From Minisyncoccota bacterium (GTDB lineage Bacteria > Patescibacteriota > Minisyncoccia > Phycocordibacterales > SW-6-46-9), in NCBI GenBank assembly GCA_040904025.1, contig JBBDUG010000033.1, positions 365-64,364 on the forward strand: 64,000 nucleotides of DNA. The letters run 5' to 3'. Made by a program: the position numbers and the translations under genes. How positions within the stretch are numbered: the first letter of the stretch is position 1; each line of letters opens with the position of its first letter. The notes under the pieces are model-generated. The model had not been told where the DNA came from. It did no database searches and saw only the letters and a list, made by a program, of their open reading frames with translations. Below, in pieces: positions 8,037-18,240 of this stretch.

Positions 8037-8570
8037 TTATCTCTTTTTTCTTGCAATAAAGCCATAATGGTGATCACGGGCGGGAATCTCCTCCCCTATC
8101 TCAAATCCAGCTGATTCAAGTAGCTTCCGAGCATCACCAACAGATATCACATGACCGGGTTGCGGACCTAGCCCCCCAAAAGAATCACTCCAATCTATAA
8201 ATAACATTCGTCCACCCAGCTTGAGAATCCGGGATACTTCAGAAAGAGCCGTTTCTTTATCCTCAACCTGGAAAAGGGTGTTTGAAAGAATGACGGCATT
8301 CATCGAATTGCTTTTCAGAGTACTCCCCTCCTTTGCCTCAAGATCTCCCCACACCACTTCCACATTGTCATACCCGCGTCGCATCGCTTCCTTCTTCAGA
8401 CGCTCCACTAGCTGTTTTTGTATATCGACTGCATATACTTTTCCTCCCGCCCCCACCGCTTCTGCGGCAGCAAGAGTATAATGTCCTGAACCTGCTCCAA
8501 GATCAGCGACAAGATAGCCCGGTTCAAGCTTGAGATGCGTAATATTTCCCTGCGGATTACTGAATGCCAT
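8037..8570 (-). CDS. Class I SAM-dependent methyltransferase
   Basis: LVADLGAGSGHYTLAAA matches the GxGxG SAM-binding motif I, with a typical post-I acidic residue and motif II. Confidence 0.7.
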   Translation of the reverse strand: MAFSNPQGNITHLKLEPGYLVADLGAGSGHYTLAAAEAVGAGGKVYAVDIQKQLVERLKKEAMRRGYDNVEVVWGDLEAKEGSTLKSNSMNAVILSNTLFQVEDKETALSEVSRILKLGGRMLFIDWSDSFGGLGPQPGHVISVGDARKLLESAGFEIGEEIPARDHHYGFIARKKR

Positions 8571-8605
8571 TATATATCTGATTGTAGCATTCTATTCTAC
8601 ACTCG

Positions 8606-11083
8606 TCACAGACAAGCAAGAGATGCTACCTTATCGCTACTACGTAATTTCATAATGCGCACTCCCTGTGTTGCACGTCCAAGAGACGGAATCTCTTCAA
8701 CATCAATACGTATCACCTGACTTTTCTGTGACATTGCGACCATCTCCGCCTCTTCTCCTGAGAGTATCCGTGCAGATACCAGTTCCCCGGTTTTCTTCGT
8801 CACATTTGCGGTTTTTAGTCCGGATCCACCACGATTCTGTGATTTATATTCAGTGAGTTTTGTCTTCTTTCCATATCCGTTCTCACTAAGCACAAAGAGT
8901 GTTCCTTTATCATCCTCGGAATGCACCACATCACCCGATATCACCGCATCACCCTTTCCGAGTTTAATACCCCGTACACCCTGTGCGGTACGTCCCATAG
9001 CCCGAACATCTTCTTCAGAGAATCGGATTGACTTCCCTTTTCGTGTCACGAGTACAACATCCTCTCCCGGATCGGCAAAGTTTGCTGCAACCAAATTATC
9101 ATCATCTTTGAGTGTAATGGCGATAATTCCACCACGGCGCACGTCATGGAATGATGACGCCTCTACTTTCTTCACCGTTCCACTTTCTGTCACAAGTACA
9201 ATATCCAATTCACCGCCATCTTTCTTCACATTCTTTGGCATCGGCAGGATAGTTGTTACTTTTTCATCATCCTCAAGAGAAAGGAAATTCATAATTGACT
9301 TTCCTTTCGTCGCACGACGTCCTTCAGGGAGTTCGTACATCTTTATCTGATACACCTTTCCTTTGTCGGTAAAGAAGAGGAGATCACTGTGTGTAGAGCA
9401 TTGAATAAGATGAGTTACCACATCCTCTTCTTTAGTATTTAGATCAACAACCCCAACACCTCCTCGCTTCTGCCTCTTGTACGAAGATGGATCTGTTCTC
9501 TTCACATATCCACCTGCGGTATAGACGAGCACACTTTCAACCTCAGGAATCATATCTTCCATGGAGATGTTACGTACTCCATGCTCAACAACGGTGGTTC
9601 GACGTGCGTCACCATACTTATCCTTCATATCTTCAAGTTCCTCTTTCACCTGTGCAAGTATGTTCTTTTCACTGGAGAGAAGTTCTTCGAGTTCTTTGAT
9701 GAACTTCTGAATCTCTTTGAGTTCGTCTTCTATCTTCTGCCTCTCGAGTCCAGCCAATCGTTGTAGCTGCATAGCGAGAATGGCATCAGTTTGATCTGAG
9801 GAGAACTTAAACTTCTTCATCAGATTCTCCTTTGCAGCATCGCGATCTTTTGATTCCCTGATGATTTTGATGACCTCATCAATGTGATCAAGTGCTTTCT
9901 TGAGTCCGAGAAGTATATGTTCTCGCGCCTGTGCCTTTTTGAGTTCATATTCAGCGCGACGACGCACAACATTTTGTCGATGCTTCACAAACTCTTGCAA
10001 GACTGCTTTCAGAGAGAGCATTTGTGGGACTCCATCAACAAGTGCCACGAGGTTCATATGGAATTTCTCCTCTAATTGAGTGTATTTATACAATTTATTC
10101 AACGTCTTCTGTGGGTGTGAACCTGTCTTGAGGTCAATGGCAATACGGATGTCTCTTGTGGATTCATCGCGAATATCTCGGATACCCTCCAACTTCTTAT
10201 CCTTCACAAGATCCGCAATCTTCATGACAAGATTCTCTTTATTTACCCGATATGGAATAGAACGGATAATAATCTGAAATGATCCGGCTTTGGGTTCAAC
10301 TATCTCCGCTTCGCCGCGAACCACCATGCCACCGCGCCCTGTGGAGTATGCATGAAGAATATCCTCACGATCGAAGACAACAGCCCCTGTTGGAAAATCG
10401 GGCGCCTTTATATACTCCATGAGATCTTCTGTGGTCGCATCAGGATTATCAATGAGGTGTGTAGTGGCATCGATACATTCTCCCAAGTTATGTGGAGGAA
10501 TATTTGTCGCCATTCCAACGGCAATACCGAGTGTACCGTTCAAAAGTAGTCCGGGCACTGCAGCCGGTAGCACCTCCGGCTCATCGTGTGTCCCGTCATA
10601 GTTAGAGACCATATCAACAGTTTCTTTGTTAATATCTGCAAGAAGCTCTTCAGATATCTTTGTCATCTTCGCTTCGGTATATCGATATGCAGCAGCGGAA
10701 TCACCATCAATGGATCCAAAGTTTCCCTGTCCACTAATCAGTGGGTAGCGGTGATTAAAATCCTGTGCCATTTTCACCATCGTGTCATATACCGCAGCAT
10801 CACCGTGCGGGTGATATTTTGCGATAACATCTCCAACCACAGCAGCTGACTTTTTGAACTTCGCTCCAGAGGTCAACCCCATCTTATTCATTGCAAACAA
10901 AATACGGCGATGGACTGGTTTCAATCCATCACGTACATCAGGGAGAGCACGAGCGGTAATAACTGACATTGCATAGTCGATGTATGCCTCTTTCATTTCG
11001 TCAGTAATAGAGCGAGACACTATTTTGTCAGCCACTACTTTTTCCTCCTCTTTATTGTTGTCGTCCTTTTTCTTACGAGCCAT
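8606..11083 (-). CDS. gyrA: DNA gyrase subunit A
   Basis: An 825-aa protein. N-terminal AAVYDTM(V) region, active-site Tyr context (AAAYRYTEA), and C-terminal beta-pinwheel repeats. Confidence 0.92.
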   Translation of the reverse strand: MARKKKDDNNKEEEKVVADKIVSRSITDEMKEAYIDYAMSVITARALPDVRDGLKPVHRRILFAMNKMGLTSGAKFKKSAAVVGDVIAKYHPHGDAAVYDTMVKMAQDFNHRYPLISGQGNFGSIDGDSAAAYRYTEAKMTKISEELLADINKETVDMVSNYDGTHDEPEVLPAAVPGLLLNGTLGIAVGMATNIPPHNLGECIDATTHLIDNPDATTEDLMEYIKAPDFPTGAVVFDREDILHAYSTGRGGMVVRGEAEIVEPKAGSFQIIIRSIPYRVNKENLVMKIADLVKDKKLEGIRDIRDESTRDIRIAIDLKTGSHPQKTLNKLYKYTQLEEKFHMNLVALVDGVPQMLSLKAVLQEFVKHRQNVVRRRAEYELKKAQAREHILLGLKKALDHIDEVIKIIRESKDRDAAKENLMKKFKFSSDQTDAILAMQLQRLAGLERQKIEDELKEIQKFIKELEELLSSEKNILAQVKEELEDMKDKYGDARRTTVVEHGVRNISMEDMIPEVESVLVYTAGGYVKRTDPSSYKRQKRGGVGVVDLNTKEEDVVTHLIQCSTHSDLLFFTDKGKVYQIKMYELPEGRRATKGKSIMNFLSLEDDEKVTTILPMPKNVKKDGGELDIVLVTESGTVKKVEASSFHDVRRGGIIAITLKDDDNLVAANFADPGEDVVLVTRKGKSIRFSEEDVRAMGRTAQGVRGIKLGKGDAVISGDVVHSEDDKGTLFVLSENGYGKKTKLTEYKSQNRGGSGLKTANVTKKTGELVSARILSGEEAEMVAMSQKSQVIRIDVEEIPSLGRATQGVRIMKLRSSDKVASLACL

Positions 11084-11105
11084 ATCTAAAACAGGTTGGT
11101 CTTAA

Positions 11106-11462
11106 CTACTCAAACGAATAATCTACCTCCGATGCGGAGCTCTCTATATCAGGTCGTACAGTGGGCTCCCGTTCACTCACCACCTCCACTCCATCATCTT
11201 CCCTCTCTAATGTCCCGATAAGTCCTCTAAATCCATCGGAAACACGAGAGAAATCATCTTCAAGAGCTCTTAGTGGACTTGCCACTTGGCTTTTCCTCTC
11301 ATTTTCTACCACAACCGTTCCGGTTGATTCAGTGGGGGTAAAGTCACTCACCGAGATCCAGACACCCGCAATAAGAAGGGTAACTATGGCAGATGTGCCG
11401 ATCGCAGTGTTCTTGCGAACATGATGTGGTTTCTTTTGTAGTTGTTCTACGAAACGAAACAT
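11106..11462 (-). CDS. Small membrane-anchored hypothetical protein
   Basis: One TM helix (AIGTSAIVTLLIAGVWISV) and an acidic C-terminus. Only a 22-nt gap to gyrA. Confidence 0.4.
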   Translation of the reverse strand: MFRFVEQLQKKPHHVRKNTAIGTSAIVTLLIAGVWISVSDFTPTESTGTVVVENERKSQVASPLRALEDDFSRVSDGFRGLIGTLEREDDGVEVVSEREPTVRPDIESSASEVDYSFE

Positions 11463-11464
11463 AA

Positions 11465-12088
11465 TTATGATTGAGAAAGTATAATTATCTCCCCTTCTTT
11501 CCCAGAGACATCAGAAGGTTTGATCGTCAATTTATCTTCTGCCTTTTTCTTCTTTGTCCCCTCTTCTTTGAGAAAGACTCCCAGTTGTGTCTCATTATAA
11601 TGCATAGGGATGATGATATTGGCCTCTAGTTTGACCCCAAACTTATACGCCTCTACCGGGTCCAACACCCCCTCCTCTCCGAGAGGTATGAAGAGCACAT
11701 CCACATTATCAATCACTTCAAGGACTTCAGGATCCAAATTCGTGGATCCAAGTGCACCAAGGAAGAGGATATCCATCCCCTCCATATTGAAATAATAGAT
11801 GGTATTTACCCCCTCATCTCCATCATATTGTGTCTTAGACGAAAGTCCTTTTATGAAAATCTCCTGCACCTCATATTCACCAGGGCCGTAGATGATGAAG
11901 GGGTCCTTGTCACCCGCGGTGAGATTCTCTCTCCCCATGAAATCAGGGTGTCGAACAGAACTCAACACAATATCCGCGCCGAAGCGTGCGGATTTATATT
12001 CTGAATCTGCTGAAGGGGGGTCAAGAGCTAATACTGTATCCCCGTATTGCAGCTTAAAAAATTGATGTCCGTGATAGGTTATAACCAT
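11465..12088 (-). CDS. MBL-fold metal-dependent hydrolase (UPF0173-like)
   Basis: N-terminal MVITYHGHQFFKLQYGDTVLALDP is typical of the Lactamase_B_3 family. Confidence 0.55.
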   Translation of the reverse strand: MVITYHGHQFFKLQYGDTVLALDPPSADSEYKSARFGADIVLSSVRHPDFMGRENLTAGDKDPFIIYGPGEYEVQEIFIKGLSSKTQYDGDEGVNTIYYFNMEGMDILFLGALGSTNLDPEVLEVIDNVDVLFIPLGEEGVLDPVEAYKFGVKLEANIIIPMHYNETQLGVFLKEEGTKKKKAEDKLTIKPSDVSGKEGEIIILSQS

Positions 12089-12153
12089 ATATATTCTGCC
12101 TCTCTTATGGCTTAATAATACTATAAAATGCCACTTATCTCAATGGTGGAAAA

Positions 12154-13221
12154 CTAATCCAAATACCGTGCCTTATTCCACTTGTGCTCCTCGAATGTCT
12201 CGGCAAAATGAGTACGTCCATTAAGATCCGCGAGGTAGAAGAGATACTCTGTCTTAATCGGATTTAGAGCTGCTTCTATAGAGGCTAATCCTGGATTTGA
12301 TATTGGTCCCGGAGGCAATCCAGGGTACCGATACGTATTATACGGAGAATCAACCTTGAGATCCTCTAGAGAGAGCTCAAATGTATTGCGTCCGATAATA
12401 TACGGAAAGACTGCATCAACCTGAAGCGGCATCCCCATTTCAATACGTTTCCAGAGAACACCAGAGATTGTTCGACGAGCCTGCTCATTATTTTCTGACT
12501 CCTTTTCAATTATAGAGGCCATGGTCACAATCTCATGAAGATCATATCCCGAGGTTTCTATTTCATCATCTAACTCAGCAATCTTCTTTTTGAAATTTTC
12601 ATTCATCACCTCTATCGCTCGTCGCTCTGAAGTATTGGGTAGAAAGTGGTATGTATCAGGAAAGAGATACCCCTCTAAAGAAAGTGCGAGGCCGATAAAT
12701 ACATTTTTGTTAAAAGAATCAAGTTTCCCTTCAAGGATATTAGCCATTTCTCGCACAGAAGCACCTTCAGGAATGGTAACGGCAAGAGGATCGAGACCAT
12801 AATCACCAGATGTTATTTTCTCAGCGACAGAGAAAAGTGTGTGTCGTTGTGAGAAGAAGTAATCACCGGCCACTACACTGTCATCTCCATTATATAAATA
12901 CCGAACTGAGGCAACAAAAAGCCCGGTTGAACGTATAACATTACGATCTTCCAGCTGCGCAGCAACTTCCCCAAGAGTTCCTCCTTCTTCTATGTGAACA
13001 ATTGTCCCCACTGGGAAGTGTCGCGGTGGCCCCCACATGAATGTGGCAGCGGCGCCAATTATCATTAAAATAGCAATAAGTGAACTCACCACTAATAGTG
13101 TCATGTCAGAAAATGATCTCTGTATATCCTCTACACCTTCAAAGAGCCGGTTCCGCTCTTCTTTATATCGATCGGTATATATACGCAGCTCATCACGTAA
13201 TTTTTCTTTTCGTGATTTCAT
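12154..13221 (-). CDS. mltG: Endolytic murein transglycosylase MltG (YceG family)
   Basis: N-terminal TM helix and the EGYLFPDTYHF signature. Confidence 0.75.
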   Translation of the reverse strand: MKSRKEKLRDELRIYTDRYKEERNRLFEGVEDIQRSFSDMTLLVVSSLIAILMIIGAAATFMWGPPRHFPVGTIVHIEEGGTLGEVAAQLEDRNVIRSTGLFVASVRYLYNGDDSVVAGDYFFSQRHTLFSVAEKITSGDYGLDPLAVTIPEGASVREMANILEGKLDSFNKNVFIGLALSLEGYLFPDTYHFLPNTSERRAIEVMNENFKKKIAELDDEIETSGYDLHEIVTMASIIEKESENNEQARRTISGVLWKRIEMGMPLQVDAVFPYIIGRNTFELSLEDLKVDSPYNTYRYPGLPPGPISNPGLASIEAALNPIKTEYLFYLADLNGRTHFAETFEEHKWNKARYLD

Positions 13222-13223
13222 AA

Positions 13224-14486
13224 CTATGTTGGAAGATCAGAAGGTGGTTCACCTTTCTTGGCATCAAGGCGCTTGAATGTCGGTGTCTGCGCCACACCTC
13301 CGGGAAAGTGATATATGGTCGCCAACTCTTCTGTGGTGAGAATAAAGGGAGAAGCTTCGTAGTATCGATACGGAGGATAGAAGAAAGAGCGTAGACGGTA
13401 TGCTTCAAAAAACTCCCGTTTCATCTTATCTTTTCGTCTCTCAACATATTTCTCCATTCCAAAAATGGAGTCTACATTCTTCTCAAACTCGCTGACATCC
13501 GTCCAATAGCCCAACTTAAATCCATTAGCGTCATGATAATTATACTGCCGGAGGCTTCCAATTAATCCCACAATACTCACCCCTTCAAAAACATCTTTCT
13601 CAGCAATATATAGTCCACGTATTGCAACTTCAAATGGAATCTTTGCCTGTTGTCGACGCAGTGATTTTATATAGTCATCCTTTCCTGGCTCCAGATATGG
13701 CAACAAGAGTTCTTTCCCCTCCTCTGTCTTCTTTGCCTCTTTAACAACACTATCTATCTCTTTATCCACCTTATCCTTCCACTCTGTTTTCTTTAAGAGT
13801 GTATTTCCTGTCTTCCAATCCCACGCCTTGTGGCCACGAATCAAGATTTGTATCCACACCTGTTCTCCCCTATTGAGATTCCCAAGATACTCCAACATGG
13901 AGGTGATGGGGTTTGTCTGCTCCTCTGGCTTAACCCCCGGCTTGTCTAGGTTGTAGTCAACATACGTCTTTATCGGCTTCACATCCTCGTCTGTCTGTTG
14001 GAAATATGTCCCCCACATGTCAATGTCAGCTGAATCCACATCGACAAAGTTGGTGTAGTCGGGGACTTCATATATCTCAGCTTCAGGATACTGCGCATAT
14101 ATCTGTGCTTTCACAATCCGTGTATGTTTTGAATCGGTACGGATAAAGAAATGTATCTTTCCACCAATAGAAACAAGTTCAAGTGAAAACCACGGTATCA
14201 CTTCACCGTTCACGAATACTTTGTATAACGTGGGGGTACTCTTTAAATACAATGCAGTGTAGATAAGCTCCATTGCCTCAGGAGTCTTGCGAATATCCTC
14301 TGGTAGCTTAATCTCCAAGAGATCAAATTCTCTCTCTTGTAGATATTTTAGGCGTATATACCGCATGTAGAGTGTAGCGGCTACCCATATGAGCAGAATG
14401 GGAAGCCAGATAGGGGCGAGGGTTAGGAGAATATCCAGCCCCATCAACACATATCGCCATCCTTCGAGATTAAAGAAATTTTGCAT
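13224..14486 (-). CDS. Hypothetical membrane protein (two N-terminal TM helices plus a large soluble domain) co-operonic with mltG.
   Basis: A 420-aa ORF with no recognised motif. Only a 2-nt gap to mltG. Confidence 0.4.
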   Translation of the reverse strand: MQNFFNLEGWRYVLMGLDILLTLAPIWLPILLIWVAATLYMRYIRLKYLQEREFDLLEIKLPEDIRKTPEAMELIYTALYLKSTPTLYKVFVNGEVIPWFSLELVSIGGKIHFFIRTDSKHTRIVKAQIYAQYPEAEIYEVPDYTNFVDVDSADIDMWGTYFQQTDEDVKPIKTYVDYNLDKPGVKPEEQTNPITSMLEYLGNLNRGEQVWIQILIRGHKAWDWKTGNTLLKKTEWKDKVDKEIDSVVKEAKKTEEGKELLLPYLEPGKDDYIKSLRRQQAKIPFEVAIRGLYIAEKDVFEGVSIVGLIGSLRQYNYHDANGFKLGYWTDVSEFEKNVDSIFGMEKYVERRKDKMKREFFEAYRLRSFFYPPYRYYEASPFILTTEELATIYHFPGGVAQTPTFKRLDAKKGEPPSDLPT

Positions 14487-14550
14487 AAATAAGTTGTCTC
14501 TATAATACCGTAAATAGGAAAATGTGCAGTCTAAGTTCTCAACACCACCT

Positions 14551-14578
14551 TTGCGAGTACGGTTAATCCTGATATATT
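14551..14578 (+). promoter_or_regulatory. Putative valS promoter (TTGCGA-N16-TATATT) placing the transcription start at or next to the ATG at 14586 (leaderless).
   Basis: -35 at 14551-14556 and -10 at 14573-14578. No Shine-Dalgarno upstream of the start. Confidence 0.35.
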
Positions 14579-14585
14579 GCCATGT

Positions 14586-16784
14586 ATGGATTTACCCAAA
14601 GAATTTCAGTCCGGATATGACCATACTGACACAGAAGAACCTCTCTATTCCCAGTGGGAAGAGAGCGGATATTTCAATCCGGATATATGTATAGACAAGG
14701 GAGTAACAGAGAAAGACAGTGATCCTTTTTCGATGGTACTCCCCCCGCTGAACGTCACTGGTGTGATGCATGTCGGTCATGCAGCAATGACTACAATAGA
14801 GGATATTCTGATTCGCTTTGCCCGTATGCGCGGAAAGCGTACACTCTGGATTCCGGGTACTGACCATGCCGCTATTGCAACACAATCAAAAGTTGAGAAG
14901 ATTCTCTCAAAAGAGGGGGTGCGTCGATCCGACCTCGGGCGAGAAAAGTTTCTTGAGCGTGTAGAAGAGTTTGCACAGAATTCACATAGCACAATTGTCT
15001 CTCAACTTCGCTCAATCGGTGGTTCTCTGGATTGGTCTCGCGAAGCATTTACACTCGATGAGAAGCGAGAGAAGGCAGTTCGAGAAGCATTTAAACGAAT
15101 GTATGATCTTGGACTTATATACCGCAAGGATCGTGTGGTTAATTGGGATCCCAAAGGACAAACCACAGTTTCTGATGATGAGGTGCTCCACGAGGAATCT
15201 ACCGGGACCCTCTACACATTTAGATATTCAAAAGACTTCCCTGTTCCCATTGCCACAACTCGTCCTGAGACAAAAGTGGGAGATACTGCAGTTGCAATAC
15301 ATCCTGATGATAAGAGATATAACGAATATATCGGAACAACGCACGAAGTAGAATTCGCAGGCTCACAACTTTCAATACAAATAATTGCTGATGAATCTAT
15401 TGATCCCGAATATGGAACAGGGGCAGTGGGAATTACACCAGCACATTCGATGACCGACTGGGAAATAGCAGAGAGACATGATCTCCCACTCAAGCAGGTG
15501 ATTAATGAATACGGAAAGATGGAGAATGTAATCGAGGAGCTTGAAGGAATGAAAACAAAAGACGCACGGGAGTGGGTTGTGGAATGGATCAAAGAAAATG
15601 ATCTGATGGAGAATACAGAAGAAGTAAATATCAATGTCTCGAAAGCAGAACGGAGTGGAGGAATCATTGAACCACTACCAAAACTTCAATGGTTCATTGA
15701 TGTGAATAAAGAATTCACATTAGAGCATTCAGAGATTGAAGGTATAGATTCCGGGAGTAAAGTTACACTCAAACAATTAATGGCGAGCGTGGTAAAAAGT
15801 GGAGAAGTAAGTATTATTCCCCCTCGTTTCGAGAAAGTATACTTCAACTGGATTGATAATCTCCACGACTGGTGCATCTCTCGCCAGATCTGGTACGGCC
15901 ACAGAATTCCTGTGTGGTATAAGGGGGATGAAATGCATGTCGGGCACGAAGCTCCGGGAGATGAATGGAAGCAAGATCCCGATACTCTTGATACATGGTT
16001 CTCTTCTGGACTCTGGACTTTTTCAACTCTTGGATGGCCAGAGAAAACAGATGACCTTTTGACATATCACCCTAACAGCCTTCTTGAAACAGGGTATGAC
16101 ATCATTTTCTTCTGGGTTGCCCGCATGATCCTTATGTCCACCTGTCTTCTCGGAGAGATTCCGTTCAAAGATGTATATTTCCACGGACTCGTACGCGACA
16201 AGAAAGGACAAAAGATTTCCAAATCACTTGGGAACAATATTGATCCCGTTGATATCATAGAAGAACATGGTGCAGACGCACTCCGTATGGCACTTATTAT
16301 CGGAACAAGTCCCGGGAATGATGCAAATCTCGACCTTGACGATGTTCGTGGATATCGAAAATTTGCGAATAAGGTCTGGAATATCGCTCGCTTTATATTC
16401 ATGAATATCCCAGATGAATATAATCATTCCGAAAAACCAGATCTCTCTGTGAAATACCAAAACTACCTTACAGAAATCCAAGAAAAAGCAGAAGAGATCA
16501 CCGAACACCTCAACAATTATCGCCTCCACCTTGCTGCAGAAGAAACGTACCACTACATCTGGCACAGACTTGCAGATGAGATCCTTGAAGAAAGCAAGGA
16601 TGACCTCTACAGCGACAATGCGGATATACAACAAGAAGCGATTTGGACTCTCGTAGAGCTCGTTTCAATTTCTCTCAGACTCCTCCATCCGATTATGCCT
16701 TTTGTAACAGAAGCAATCTGGAAACACATGCCGACTAAAGAGCGTGATTTCTTGATGGTGGAAAACTGGCCGATTGAAGAATAG
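14586..16784 (+). CDS. valS: Valyl-tRNA synthetase (short form, about 733 aa, lacking the C-terminal coiled-coil)
   Basis: HIGH-like PPLNVTGVMHVGHA, CP1 editing region (TTRPETKVGDTAVAIHP), KMSKS (KISKSLGN). The ORF-track start at 14577 is a TTG. The ATG at 14586 (MDLPKEF) is preferred. Confidence 0.9.
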   Translation: MDLPKEFQSGYDHTDTEEPLYSQWEESGYFNPDICIDKGVTEKDSDPFSMVLPPLNVTGVMHVGHAAMTTIEDILIRFARMRGKRTLWIPGTDHAAIATQSKVEKILSKEGVRRSDLGREKFLERVEEFAQNSHSTIVSQLRSIGGSLDWSREAFTLDEKREKAVREAFKRMYDLGLIYRKDRVVNWDPKGQTTVSDDEVLHEESTGTLYTFRYSKDFPVPIATTRPETKVGDTAVAIHPDDKRYNEYIGTTHEVEFAGSQLSIQIIADESIDPEYGTGAVGITPAHSMTDWEIAERHDLPLKQVINEYGKMENVIEELEGMKTKDAREWVVEWIKENDLMENTEEVNINVSKAERSGGIIEPLPKLQWFIDVNKEFTLEHSEIEGIDSGSKVTLKQLMASVVKSGEVSIIPPRFEKVYFNWIDNLHDWCISRQIWYGHRIPVWYKGDEMHVGHEAPGDEWKQDPDTLDTWFSSGLWTFSTLGWPEKTDDLLTYHPNSLLETGYDIIFFWVARMILMSTCLLGEIPFKDVYFHGLVRDKKGQKISKSLGNNIDPVDIIEEHGADALRMALIIGTSPGNDANLDLDDVRGYRKFANKVWNIARFIFMNIPDEYNHSEKPDLSVKYQNYLTEIQEKAEEITEHLNNYRLHLAAEETYHYIWHRLADEILEESKDDLYSDNADIQQEAIWTLVELVSISLRLLHPIMPFVTEAIWKHMPTKERDFLMVENWPIEE

Positions 16785-16804
16785 AGGTCTGGTAGAATAT
16801 ACGT

Positions 16805-17494
16805 ATGTTCTCTCCCCTAACTATACTCATTGCCACCCTCGGTGGTATCATCCCTGCCCTCATATGGCTTGCCTTTTGGCTCGGGGAAGACGAAAGGCGT
16901 CCTGAGCCCAGAGGGCGTATATTCATCACATTCCTTGCAGGAATGCTTGCGGTTGTTGTCGTTCTCCCCCTTGAACATCTTGTACAAGAACATATACCAG
17001 GGGGACTCTTTACACTCTTTCTCCTCTGGGCAATCATAGAAGAAACACTCAAGTTTGTATTTGCATACTTTGCCGGACTACATAATAAGGATTGTGACGA
17101 ACCTGTAGATGCCCTTATATACATGATCACAGCTGCACTCGGATTCGCGGCACTTGAAAATACCCTTTTCCTCCTCACTCCCATTGAAGATGGATTGATA
17201 GGTCGGAGTATTGTGACAGGAAATATGCGCTTCATTGGTGCATCTGTACTGCATACACTGGCCTCAGGAGTTGTTGGAGCAGCAATGGCCTTCTCCTTCT
17301 ACCGAGCTCAGCGTATTAAGCGACGGTATGTACTTGGTGGACTTATTCTCGCAATTGCTTTGCACACATACTTCAATTTCTCTATAATTGGGCATACAAA
17401 TGTATTAGTCGTATTTGCATACATCTGGGTTGGTGTTATTCTCCTTCTCATGATCTTTGAGAAGGTGAAGCATATACGCCGATCAAGATCATAA
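16805..17494 (+). CDS. PrsW/CPBP-type intramembrane protease family protein
   Basis: Polytopic membrane protein with EETLK (EExxK), FIGASVLH (FxxxH) and ALHTYFN (HxxxN) motifs. Confidence 0.5.
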   Translation: MFSPLTILIATLGGIIPALIWLAFWLGEDERRPEPRGRIFITFLAGMLAVVVVLPLEHLVQEHIPGGLFTLFLLWAIIEETLKFVFAYFAGLHNKDCDEPVDALIYMITAALGFAALENTLFLLTPIEDGLIGRSIVTGNMRFIGASVLHTLASGVVGAAMAFSFYRAQRIKRRYVLGGLILAIALHTYFNFSIIGHTNVLVVFAYIWVGVILLLMIFEKVKHIRRSRS

Positions 17495-17513
17495 ATTAAT
17501 TAACTTATACCAC

Positions 17514-17978
17514 ATGGCTCGAAAAACATCATTCTTTGAAAAACTCACAGGTGCGGTAAATGTCGATGAAGAGGAAGAGGAATTTGACCCGTACGACGAC
17601 GAGGATGAACATCATGAAGAAGAGGACGTCTCCACTGATATCGAAGAGGAAGCACAGCTGGCAATCGACCTCTACCAAACCTCAACTGAGATAGTAATTC
17701 AAACTATGGTCGCCGGAGTGCGTCCAGATGATTTAGATATCTCGATCAGTCGAGAGGTGGTAACCATCTCAGGACGTCGCGAAGGGCCACGTGGCATTTC
17801 AGATGGAGACTATCTCCAACGTGAACTCTACTGGGGACAGTTCAAAAGAACCGTTATGCTCCCTGATGAAATTGAGGTAGATGAAGCAGAGGCAACAGAA
17901 AACCATGGGCTCCTTATAATCCGTCTTCCAAAACTCAACAAAGATCAGAAAACAAAGCTGAAGGTAAAGTCACAATAA
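17514..17978 (+). CDS. Hsp20 / alpha-crystallin family small heat-shock protein with an acidic N-terminus
   Basis: Alpha-crystallin domain (IVIQTMVAGVRPDDLDISISREVVTISGRRE ... LLIIRLPK). Confidence 0.75.
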   Translation: MARKTSFFEKLTGAVNVDEEEEEFDPYDDEDEHHEEEDVSTDIEEEAQLAIDLYQTSTEIVIQTMVAGVRPDDLDISISREVVTISGRREGPRGISDGDYLQRELYWGQFKRTVMLPDEIEVDEAEATENHGLLIIRLPKLNKDQKTKLKVKSQ

Positions 17979-18185
17979 TCTCTTGACTATATGACATATA
18001 TTCGTAGTATAGATGATGAACTTGAACACTGAGTTCGAGGTGGTATCTCTAGGGAGTTCATATCTTTAAACCTCTGGAGATGAAACAGAGTCTGTGGTAA
18101 GACCTCAGGATCACTTTCTCTGGCCCTCTCGAATGCCCGGTGATGTCTTTCTCGTATGGGGGAAGATGTCACGGGTACTAGGGTT

Positions 18186-18228
18186 CGACCGCTGTAGGGC
18201 ATCACGGCGGTCGAGCTCTTTTTTTTTA
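18186..18228 (+). terminator. Intrinsic terminator ending the Hsp20 3' region. First of two tandem terminators.
   Basis: Stem cgaccgc/gcggtcg with a 14-nt loop, then agctc and T9. Confidence 0.5.
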
Positions 18229-18240
18229 TTTTATACAAAT

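Noticed and set aside
8853-10849. Multiple plus-strand ORFs (60-165 aa) inside gyrA
   Set aside because: They lie antisense within a highly conserved gyrA reading frame. The low-complexity translations (Ser/Thr/Pro-rich) are typical antisense artefacts.
14577-14585. TTG start for valS as given by the ORF track
   Set aside because: The TTG lies inside the predicted -10 hexamer. The ATG at 14586, 9 nt downstream, gives a conventional ValRS N-terminus and is preferred. This remains uncertain.
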